Source: Motiliproteus sp. | GTDB taxonomy: Bacteria; Pseudomonadota; Gammaproteobacteria; Pseudomonadales; Balneatricaceae | NCBI GenBank assembly: GCA_047633175.1 | Contig: JBLIEQ010000014.1 | Coordinates: forward strand, 24,843-88,842 | Length of the DNA stretch: 64,000 bases | Reading direction: 5' to 3' | In this document: positions 18,580 to 26,457 of the stretch, piece after piece | How positions within the stretch are numbered: position 1 is the first letter of the stretch | Layout: each line of letters opens with the position of its first letter | Program-made: the position numbers and the translations under genes | The notes under the pieces: model-generated | Seen by the model: only the letters and a program-made list of their open reading frames with translations | Database searches by the model: none | What the model was told of the DNA's origin: nothing

Positions 18580-18599
18580 CGCACAGGTAACGCTGTGCG
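18580..18599. terminator. hairpin between convergent genes (possible bidirectional terminator, no U-tract)
   Basis: CGCACAG-GTAACG-CTGTGCG. Confidence 0.35.
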
Positions 18600-18632
18600 T
18601 ACGCCACTATCCGCTTCAGCTAATATCGACTT

Positions 18633-19910
18633 CTATAACTTTATAAGTTGAATGTTTGTTTCTCTGACAATAAGCCATTTTTCATTCTCTTTCTCGAGCA
18701 TCAATTTTTTTAACGTTTTATCCTGATAGTCGGAAGATTCATAGCTAAGCCAAAATTCGATCTCGGCATGGGAGGCAGTAGCTTGAACTGTATTGACATG
18801 GGTAATGGACAGTTTTATCCAGTCTGGTTCTGATACTCGTAGCGCTCGAATTTCAGACCAGCGCTCTAGGGTCATCCTATCCTGAGGGGAAAACTGGCTG
18901 GAGTAGGTGGCGAGATACTTATTAACATCCTGTTGTTGCCACGCCATTTCCCATTGGGCGATGGCCTCGGCAAGTGGACCCATAGCAGCCTTCTGGGTCT
19001 CCGTTACCACTGAGATACTCGGAGTAACGCTGCGTTGCGCTTCGGCGTCTCCTGAGTTTAAGGCTGATTCCATTGTTATGGAGGGTCGCAGATAACTAAC
19101 TAACAACAACCCGACGACTAAAATCGGCATAATAACACTTAACGTAAGCAGGGCCTTTTTTTGATCGAGCCGGGGCTTGAACGTACCATTCTCTCTCAGC
19201 AAAACTCTTAGCTCTTTTTTGGTGACAAGATTATTACCGGCCAGCGTGGCTATGATCGCCAGAGACTGAGGTTTACCTTTACTGATTGAATACGCGTACT
19301 GCGCCGCTTTAACGCTGAGCCTGATCTGGCTCGCTTCATGGTTGATAAAATCAAGCCACTGTTGCCTTGTGATCTTAGCCAGTCTTAAGCTCTGGGTAAC
19401 TCGCTGCACAAAGCCATAACAACGCGGGTGATTCAAGAGTCTATCCAGTGACTGCTCACCAAAAAGGACCACCCGTACCAGCTGCTGATCGGTATCCTGC
19501 AGATTGGTTAAAATACGAATATGCGCTAATACTTCGGGAGCCAATTGATGGGCATCATCAAAAAACAAAACCAGATTTTTGTTTTCCCCTTCGTTTTCCT
19601 CTTTATCATCAAAAAGAAATTTCGACAAACTAGCTACAAAATCATTCTCTACGCTAATATCAAGTTGCTTTATGATGGCATCATCAAGGTCGTCAATCGA
19701 CATATCAGCCCGCGGAAAAAAAACCACATTATCATATTTATTTTCAAGTTCCATTTGTAATTGCAAAAAAAGCGTTGTCTTTCCAATCTGTGGATCACCG
19801 ATTACTTTAACAACACCTTCACGAAATAAAAGCGCCTGTTTTATTTGTTCACATGTTTTTTCATGCGGTCTTAAGTTAATAAAATAGTCTCTATTTTCTT
19901 GCATCGTCAT
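18633..19910 (-). CDS. ExeA/GspA-like AAA (AAA_22-type) ATPase, single TM, periplasmic NTF2-like C-terminal module (paralog 1)
   Basis: Walker A is GDPQIGKTT and the Walker B-like stretch is LVLFFDDAH. A TM helix LLTLSVIMPILVVGLLLVSYL follows, then a C-terminal module shared with three other proteins in the island. Its start overlaps the upstream stop as ATGA. Confidence 0.85.
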   Translation of the reverse strand: MTMQENRDYFINLRPHEKTCEQIKQALLFREGVVKVIGDPQIGKTTLFLQLQMELENKYDNVVFFPRADMSIDDLDDAIIKQLDISVENDFVASLSKFLFDDKEENEGENKNLVLFFDDAHQLAPEVLAHIRILTNLQDTDQQLVRVVLFGEQSLDRLLNHPRCYGFVQRVTQSLRLAKITRQQWLDFINHEASQIRLSVKAAQYAYSISKGKPQSLAIIATLAGNNLVTKKELRVLLRENGTFKPRLDQKKALLTLSVIMPILVVGLLLVSYLRPSITMESALNSGDAEAQRSVTPSISVVTETQKAAMGPLAEAIAQWEMAWQQQDVNKYLATYSSQFSPQDRMTLERWSEIRALRVSEPDWIKLSITHVNTVQATASHAEIEFWLSYESSDYQDKTLKKLMLEKENEKWLIVRETNIQLIKL

Positions 19911-21358
19911 AATTCATCCAGACTTAAGAAAAACTTGGCTATCTTTTTATTATCCCGTTCAGCATTAATGGTATATAACTTACCGAGACCCTTGTATGAA
20001 AAACGTTGCAGTAATTGTCGACTAGTGACTGAGTAGCCTCTGTCTTCGCCGGAGTTACCATTTTTGCTACCCACAAAACCCACTAAATTAACTTTTGATG
20101 CGCCACCCTTCGGGTCTACATAATCTATAAGAAGAAGTCGATCGGTTGACAACAAACTGAGCGTTTCTCCAAGTTCAAGTCGCCGCTCTTTATCGTTCAG
20201 TCTTATTTTCAGATAAGCGGCAGTCTGCACCAGGTCAGCCAACGGGCCCTGCTCAGGGTTTCTTACCTTTACAAAGATCCGACCACATAAATACTGGTCT
20301 TTCAAAACACGGATCGACGTGGCATCAGCCAAAAGAAAAGATTTTCCGATATCATTAAGACTGCCTATCTTTTCTATATCAACTACTACTCCGCGCTGAT
20401 AATTAGTATAAGCCTGAAGTACCTCCAACGTATCGCCTTTGTTCAACTCAATAGTTTCACCGTCATGATAAGCGACTGCACGGGAATCGTTGATTGAAAC
20501 AAGCATATGAGACAATTGGGGCTTAAGGACAGACTGTAGATTCTGTTCCTGTTGAATATCAAACTCATCCATAAAAGCGTTGACCATCATGGTTTGATAA
20601 CTTACTTTCAAATCCAGTGACTGGATATTTTTCGAGGTTTCTATACCATAAGATTCAATACCATGCTGATAGAGGGCATAGAAAGTAGCCGATTGTTTTT
20701 GTTCTTTGTGAACAGAGTTGGACGCCTTGGTTCGCGTATTCTTAAATTTAAGTTTGTGATCGTTAATCTGTATATTCTTATTAACGAGCGCCACCACTTT
20801 CTGAGCCCTTTTTTCGAGGTTCAGTGTTACGCCTTGCTGATTCGTAAATTCGGCTCGGTCCGCAATGACGGCCTGCCCCCATCTTCTAGGATTTCGTAAC
20901 TCGCTGATTGTCTCTGGGGAATAGAAACCATAGCCATCATGTAAATTGAGTAACACATCACTTTTCGCGATCAATTTTTTGAGAACTTCAACGATATCTT
21001 TTTCATATATATGTTGATGACCGGATTCATCCAAGCCATCCATTGGCGTATTGAAATTCCGATTCATATCATCGTTGATGCCTCTAATATTATTGACTAT
21101 TGCAGGCATATTAGCCCGGGGCACTACGATAAGAGTCCCTTTGCGAAGGCGTGTATCCGCAAAGATATCTGCGGTGAGATAACCTCCGGGCTCATTATGC
21201 ATTCCACCGATTATGAGCATGGTCTTACCGGGCAGTTCACCTTCAATATGATAGACATGGAGTTCGTGATCGGTATTTTCAAAGTGGCTAGTAATAGTAG
21301 TCTGCGACATCGCCTGGCCGCTTAACACAAGAAGAAATACACACAAGACTTTAATCAT
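19907..21358 (-). CDS. secreted Csd4/Pgp1-like (M14-superfamily) peptidoglycan carboxypeptidase
   Basis: A signal peptide is present. The motifs GGMHNEPGG, DMNRNF, LIAKSDVLLNLHDGYGFY, NPRRWGQAVIAD, ATFYA and ETSK match, block by block, my recollection of H. pylori Csd4. Confidence 0.75.
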   Translation of the reverse strand: MIKVLCVFLLVLSGQAMSQTTITSHFENTDHELHVYHIEGELPGKTMLIIGGMHNEPGGYLTADIFADTRLRKGTLIVVPRANMPAIVNNIRGINDDMNRNFNTPMDGLDESGHQHIYEKDIVEVLKKLIAKSDVLLNLHDGYGFYSPETISELRNPRRWGQAVIADRAEFTNQQGVTLNLEKRAQKVVALVNKNIQINDHKLKFKNTRTKASNSVHKEQKQSATFYALYQHGIESYGIETSKNIQSLDLKVSYQTMMVNAFMDEFDIQQEQNLQSVLKPQLSHMLVSINDSRAVAYHDGETIELNKGDTLEVLQAYTNYQRGVVVDIEKIGSLNDIGKSFLLADATSIRVLKDQYLCGRIFVKVRNPEQGPLADLVQTAAYLKIRLNDKERRLELGETLSLLSTDRLLLIDYVDPKGGASKVNLVGFVGSKNGNSGEDRGYSVTSRQLLQRFSYKGLGKLYTINAERDNKKIAKFFLSLDEL

Positions 21359-22594
21359 TCAAATCTTACCCGAAGAGGGCGCCCCTTCAAAAATAATTCT
21401 CCATTTATCGCCTTCTTTTTTCCAGTACTGTCTTTTAGTATCTTTTCCATTGAAATTATTACTCATGTAGTGCTGTTTAAAGGTCACTACAAGAATATTT
21501 CCCTGACCTGGATAGGAGAAGAAACTGAGATTTTTTAGATCAATATTAACATAAGACTTGGCTTTATTTATTCTTATTTTTTTGGCCGACCAGGCGATAT
21601 AATCTTCCCGACCATTATCGAAGTCATGCGAGTAGTTTGACAGATAGTCCTGTGTATCGAGACTTTCCCAGCTTTTCTTCCAATCATTAACAAGCTGACT
21701 AAAGGGTTGCTGCTGCGCTAACCAATCTGATTCCGTAAGCCACTCTATGTTCTCTCCAATAATTACCGGTGTCGAGTGAATATCGATGATTGAATCGAGT
21801 TGTGCAAAATCATAATTGGTTAAAGACACACAACCTTCGCTGGCAAGGGGGGCACGGCTATACGTATCCGTCGGTGAGCCATGCAACCAGATGCCGTTGC
21901 CAGTCTTCTGCTGCTGAGCATCTAATGCATTGGGATAGTTCAACGGCAAAGCGCCGGATCCATATTTATCAGGTAAATTTTTTGCTGCCAGCCTTGTGGT
22001 GACAAAATAGACGCCTACCGGTGTTTTCTTGTCACCACTGATAAACTTTTCTGCGCCCTCGCTGCCACTCGACGCGTAAAAATCTTTCACTAAAACGGGC
22101 TTTCCCGACTTATTCTCAAACAGATACAACCGAGATTTGCTTAGATCTACGACGATGGCATGCGATTGGCCGTCTGCCATTTTTACTAAACTTTTGGGGA
22201 TGCTGCCGTTTTTTGGCTTCTGGGTTCGATACTGACCGCGGACCACTGCTTCTTGACGTAACTCTTCGACTAGACTCGACCTTATTGGAACGGCAGCGGC
22301 AAAGGACTCAATCGGATTGGCCTGCGCACTAACTAGATCGGCAAAGATAACTTGCGCCAGTTTAAACTCGGGCGTGTGCTGAGTGATCGCCAGCAAGCGC
22401 TCCATGGCTTCTTCTAGTCGGTTTTGATCAATGTCCTCAATAGCCGCAAGGAAATCACCCTCCACCGTAGAGAGGCTCACCGCGTAACTGATGCTTGTTG
22501 TAAACGGAAATGCGATTAAAAACATCCCGATTGAAAATAGTGGCGTCCACTTCATAAGTCGTTGATAACCACCTAGGTTTTTGCTATTTACCAT
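21359..22594 (-). CDS. secreted YkuD-fold L,D-transpeptidase-family enzyme (Csd6/YafK-like) with C-terminal NTF2-like module
   Basis: A signal-like N-terminus and a helical region precede KTPVGVYFV...LPLNYPNALD...GNGIWLHGSP...SEGCVSL, which contains the catalytic His and Cys. The NTF2-like tail reads W..SW...D...YL..Y. The stop directly abuts the carboxypeptidase ATG. Confidence 0.85.
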   Translation of the reverse strand: MVNSKNLGGYQRLMKWTPLFSIGMFLIAFPFTTSISYAVSLSTVEGDFLAAIEDIDQNRLEEAMERLLAITQHTPEFKLAQVIFADLVSAQANPIESFAAAVPIRSSLVEELRQEAVVRGQYRTQKPKNGSIPKSLVKMADGQSHAIVVDLSKSRLYLFENKSGKPVLVKDFYASSGSEGAEKFISGDKKTPVGVYFVTTRLAAKNLPDKYGSGALPLNYPNALDAQQQKTGNGIWLHGSPTDTYSRAPLASEGCVSLTNYDFAQLDSIIDIHSTPVIIGENIEWLTESDWLAQQQPFSQLVNDWKKSWESLDTQDYLSNYSHDFDNGREDYIAWSAKKIRINKAKSYVNIDLKNLSFFSYPGQGNILVVTFKQHYMSNNFNGKDTKRQYWKKEGDKWRIIFEGAPSSGKI

Positions 22595-22669
22595 TATAGT
22601 AATTGGCTAATTTTTGAGTTGTAAATAATACCCGATCGGTCCGCTTGATGCTATGAGTTCGCCTTAATG

Positions 22670-23290
22670 ATTAGTGTTCGGCGTCAACTATCTTGGCCGG
22701 TCGCGCGACAACTATGATGGCCGGTTAGGCGTCGACACTTTTTAGTCTGTTTCGCTTGTTTTATATGGTGCAGTTTCCGATAGTCTCGCCCTCTAGTTCG
22801 GTAATTGTCTTGTAGTGTATGAGTCGATCAATGGCTGCGACCGTCATCATGCTGTCCGGGAAAATATAATCCCATGCGCTGAAGGGTTGGTTGGCCGTGA
22901 TGATGAGGCTGCCGCTTTCATAGCGATGGGCGATGAACTCAAGCGGACCCGGGTTTCGGCATCCATTTTTTTCACATAGCCAATGTCATCAATAATGATG
23001 AGGCGGTATTTATCCAGCCGTGTCATAGCTGTCATCAAGTCAAGGTCCCGCATTGCTTCCTGCAAGTGCTGAACCAGCACGATGGCTGAAAAGAGTTTGC
23101 AGCGGATGCCTTGCTCGATAGCCTAGGACCCAGCGTCGTTGCAACATGGGCTTCCCTGTACGACTAGGCCCTAGCAAAAGGATGTTGTCGGCATTGTGTG
23201 CCCATTGAATATCCTGTTGCAACTTGGCCAGAATACACCCTTGATTCGGCTTGCTAAAACGGTAGTGATCAAGTAGTTTTGCTAATTCTA
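22670..23290 (-). mobile_element. IS21-family remnant: one terminus with two ~17-bp direct repeats plus a frameshifted istB; no istA
   Basis: CAACTATCTTGGCCGGT (22685-22701) and CAACTATGATGGCCGGT (22709-22725) resemble the multiple terminal repeats of IS21-family ends. IstB-like peptides lie next to them. Confidence 0.65.
22761..23290 (-). pseudogene. istB: istB (IS21 helper ATPase) pseudogene, frameshifted
   Basis: The fragments NILLLGPSRTGK, LDKYRLIIIDDIGYV, ANQPFSAWDYIFPDSMMTVAAIDRLIH and ...ELEGE fall in different frames. The last two come from my own translation. Confidence 0.7.
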
Positions 23291-23295
23291 ATTGT

Positions 23296-23440
23296 CTTCC
23301 CGTTTACGGTAAACTTCTGTTATCCATAAAATTATCTACACGGAGATAGGTTCCTGACTGCTATTGAGGACATTGATCAAAACCGGCTGAAAGAGGTGTA
23401 TTGAGCGATAACTGGCAATCACTCCATACAGACATACACG
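23296..23440 (+). pseudogene. remnant of a second, oppositely oriented YkuD-enzyme gene (N-terminal region only)
   Basis: The plus-strand translation KLSTGDRFLTAIEDIDQNRLKE compares with SLSTVEGDFLAAIEDIDQNRLEE in the intact gene. GCTATTGAGGACATTGATCAAAACCG is identical over 26 nt. Stops and frameshifts are present. Confidence 0.8.
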
Positions 23441-23917
23441 CTGGTTTTGAACAACGACTCGCGTGCAGTTGCTTACCCTGATGGCCAAACTATTGAATTG
23501 AACTAAGGCGGTACTTTAAAGCACTCCCCACTTACACTAATTTTTAACGTGTTCTTATTTTAGAACAGAACGTGGATCTAGCGGATGTCGCTTCGACCCG
23601 CATTTTTAAGGCCCGTATTACGTGGCTGGATTGAGATACAGATCACTCCGTACCTAAAAATAAAGCTGGAGGATAAATGTTGGTGATTTTTTAACTTTGT
23701 ATAAATACGGAGTCTATTTCCAACCACAGCCTCCTTGTTGTTGACTATGTGGGCTTACAGATGAAACATCGTGGATAGCAAAAAAGCAATACTGACGAAG
23801 ACTGACGGAGCTTAGTCACTAGTCGCCAATTGATATGGTTTTTATTAAAGGGTCTAGAGGTTAAACTTACGCTGAACAACAAAATTATTGCAAGTTTTTA
23901 AGTCTAAATGGATGATG
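23441..23917 (+). pseudogene. remnant of a second carboxypeptidase gene (C-terminal ~40 percent, decayed)
   Basis: TLVLNNDSRAVAYPDGQTIELN*GGTLK compares with HMLVSINDSRAVAYHDGETIELNKGDTLE, and YLKIKLEDK with YLKIRLNDKE. The DNA stays collinear with the 3' end of the intact gene right up to the ATPase start. Confidence 0.8.
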
Positions 23918-25339
23918 ACGATGAAAGAAAATAGGGATTTTTTTATTAGTTTCAAACCACATGAACAAGCATGCGAACAAATAAAGCAGACACTTTTACT
24001 TCCTGAAGGCGGCATTAAAGTTACCGGTGATGAGAATTCTGGAAAAACAACACTTTTTTTACAGCTGCAAATGGATCTTGACAGTGATCGTTATGATTTG
24101 GCTTGTTTCCCAAAGGCCGACATATCGATTGAAGAGCTTAACAAAGCCATTATAAAAAAACTCGACATTAACTCAGGAAAAGATTTTTCAACCAGCTTAT
24201 TGAAAGTACTGATCGAAAATAAAACAAAAAATAAACAACTGGTTTTATTGTTTGATGATGCGCATCAATTGACGCCTGACATATTAGCGTATGTACGTAT
24301 TTTGACCAACATCCAAGATACTACTCAACTGCTGGTACGGGTGATCTTTTTTGGCGAACAGTCGCTAGATAGACTGCTGTATCCTTCTAATTGCTATGGC
24401 TTTTCCCAACGAGTTACTCAGAGACCAAGCGAGGCTAAGATCACCAAGCAACAGTGGCTCAACGTTATCAGCCAGGAAAACAGCCAGATCAGACTCAGCC
24501 TTAAAGCGGCACACTACGCCTATTCAATCAGTAAAGGGATACCTAAATCGTTAGCCATAATCGCTACTCTGGTCGACAAGCAACAGTTTCACCCAACGAC
24601 CAAAAAAGATCTTAAAGCTTTACTGAGAGACAATGCCATTTTCAAAACACGGTCCAAACTAAAGACGACCCTGATTATATTAGGTGTATCAACGTCTATT
24701 CTTTTCAACGGATGGTTGTTTATTATTTATATACAACCTTCCCAGAAAACAGAATCAGTATTCGACTTCAGTCATAAAAAAGAGCCCCTGGAAAATACAG
24801 AAAATGGCGACGCAACGCAACACACCGCCGCTCTCGCTCCCGTTCCCGTTCCCGCTCCCGCTCCCGTTCCCGTTCCCGCTCCCGTTCCCGTTCCCGCTCC
24901 CGCTCCCGCTCCCGCTCATATTAAAAATATTCCGATGGAAGCAAAAACTGCAAACCAGAAAAAAGTTTTTGATGATATTGAAAATGCCATCGCCTACTGG
25001 GTAATAGCGTGGCAACAACAAGATGTTGATAATTATCTAGCCGCCTATTCCAGCCACTTTATACCCACTGATAAGATGACTCTTGACCACTGGTCTGAAA
25101 TCAGAGAGCAGCGAGTATCAACGCCCGATTGGATAAAACTGTCCATCACCGGAGTCAACAGGGTTAAAGTATCAGCCACCCATGCGGAGATAGAATTTTG
25201 GCTTTGGTATCAATCATCTGACTACCAGGATAAAACCTTAAAAACATTGATTCTCGAAAAAGAGAATAATGAGTGGCAAATTGTTAGAGAAATAAGTCTT
25301 AATATTCAAGAGCTTAAAGGCGATGCCATACAAGGCTAA
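23915..25339 (+). CDS. ExeA/GspA-like AAA ATPase, single TM, (A/V)P-repeat linker, periplasmic NTF2-like module (paralog 2)
   Basis: The start MTMKENRDFF is chosen by analogy with paralog 1 (MTMQENRDYF). Walker A is GDENSGKTT and the Walker B-like stretch is LVLLFDDAH. About two-thirds of positions are identical to paralog 1 by eye. Confidence 0.85.
   Translation: MTMKENRDFFISFKPHEQACEQIKQTLLLPEGGIKVTGDENSGKTTLFLQLQMDLDSDRYDLACFPKADISIEELNKAIIKKLDINSGKDFSTSLLKVLIENKTKNKQLVLLFDDAHQLTPDILAYVRILTNIQDTTQLLVRVIFFGEQSLDRLLYPSNCYGFSQRVTQRPSEAKITKQQWLNVISQENSQIRLSLKAAHYAYSISKGIPKSLAIIATLVDKQQFHPTTKKDLKALLRDNAIFKTRSKLKTTLIILGVSTSILFNGWLFIIYIQPSQKTESVFDFSHKKEPLENTENGDATQHTAALAPVPVPAPAPVPVPAPVPVPAPAPAPAHIKNIPMEAKTANQKKVFDDIENAIAYWVIAWQQQDVDNYLAAYSSHFIPTDKMTLDHWSEIREQRVSTPDWIKLSITGVNRVKVSATHAEIEFWLWYQSSDYQDKTLKTLILEKENNEWQIVREISLNIQELKGDAIQG
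24836..24916 (+). repeat. in-frame GCTCCC/GTTCCC hexanucleotide array encoding (A/V)P x13.5
   Basis: 81 nt encoding APVPVPAPAPVPVPAPVPVPAPAPAPA, inside the paralog 2 periplasmic linker. Confidence 0.95.
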
Positions 25340-25527
25340 CAGGGCGCTCCACACAGCAATTTCTGCAGGACTTCACTATTAATTCTAGAGTGTTAGTTCT
25401 TGTATAAATTTACGGGCTTTATCATTAATGAGCAGCCATTTCTGGGTTAGACTGCACAGCTATGCCCAGTGCGTGCTGCGGGCTGCACTAAATGATTCTC
25501 GATCATCCTCCTGAAGAAGCAGAAATT

Positions 25528-26361
25528 ATGAGTAGCCAAGCGCCGGCATTCAAGATCAAGGCGGTCAACCTGCCTGTCTTGCAACTCCACATTTTCACCA
25601 CCGATATGGCTCAGCTCAAACATGAGTTGGCGTTACGTCTTAGCCAGACCCCCGATTTTTTCGCCAGCACCCCTATAGTGCTAGAACTCACAGGGATAGC
25701 CGTCGACGATGCTGTCCTGGATTTCTCCGCACTGACCGCATTTATGCGCGAGCATGGCATGTGTCCTGCCGGCGTGTCAGGCGGGTCAGAGCAGCAACGG
25801 AATGCCGCCGCAGGTTCCGGCCTGGGTCTGTTTCCGACAACGCCTGCCAGAACGGCCGGAACAGCAGAATTACGAGCACCAGGGATGACGCCCGCCGATG
25901 TGATTGAGGTGCCAGAAATACAGCCGCTGCAGACCCAGCCCGAATTGCCGGGTATCGTCGAAAGGACAGCGGTTCAAGCGGTTGTCCCACCCACCGAAAC
26001 TCTCGCCCAGACAGTTTCTGTGATTCGACCGACGATGGTGATAGACCGGCCGGTGCGTACCGGACAGACCATTTATGCCGAAGGCGCGAACCTGGTACTC
26101 CTCGCAATCGCCAATGCCGGTTCCGAACTGATCGCAGACGGCGATATCCATGTCTACGCACCGCTGCGCGGCAAGGCCATCGCAGGAGCCCACGGCAATG
26201 AAGCCGCGCGTATCTTCGTGCATAAGATGGAGGCGGAGCTGCTCTCCATCGCCGGTTGTTTCAAGGTTTTTGAGGATGGCGTGCCTGAGAATGTCCGCGG
26301 CAAGGCTGCGCAGATCCATCTACAGGGCACGCGCCTAGAGATTCAGCCGCTATCTATATGA
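25528..26361 (+). CDS. minC: septum site-determining protein MinC
   Basis: MSSQAPAFKIKAVNLPVLQL..., a C-terminal beta-helix (IYAEGANLVLLAIANAGSELIADGDIHVYAPLRGKA), and minD-minE downstream. Confidence 0.9.
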   Translation: MSSQAPAFKIKAVNLPVLQLHIFTTDMAQLKHELALRLSQTPDFFASTPIVLELTGIAVDDAVLDFSALTAFMREHGMCPAGVSGGSEQQRNAAAGSGLGLFPTTPARTAGTAELRAPGMTPADVIEVPEIQPLQTQPELPGIVERTAVQAVVPPTETLAQTVSVIRPTMVIDRPVRTGQTIYAEGANLVLLAIANAGSELIADGDIHVYAPLRGKAIAGAHGNEAARIFVHKMEAELLSIAGCFKVFEDGVPENVRGKAAQIHLQGTRLEIQPLSI

Positions 26362-26457
26362 TAGGCGGCGGCCTTAAAATTGATGGCCAGTTTATGGCTT
26401 TTTATAGTCGCTTTACGGGTAAAATACACTAGAATTTTAATTATCAGGATGTGAAAC

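Noticed and set aside
24684-25021. ORFs 24684-25004 (+) and 24755-25021 (-) rich in PFPL or GSGNGN repeats
   Set aside because: These are alternative-frame and antisense readings of the hexanucleotide (A/V)P array inside ATPase paralog 2, so they are artefacts of the repeat.
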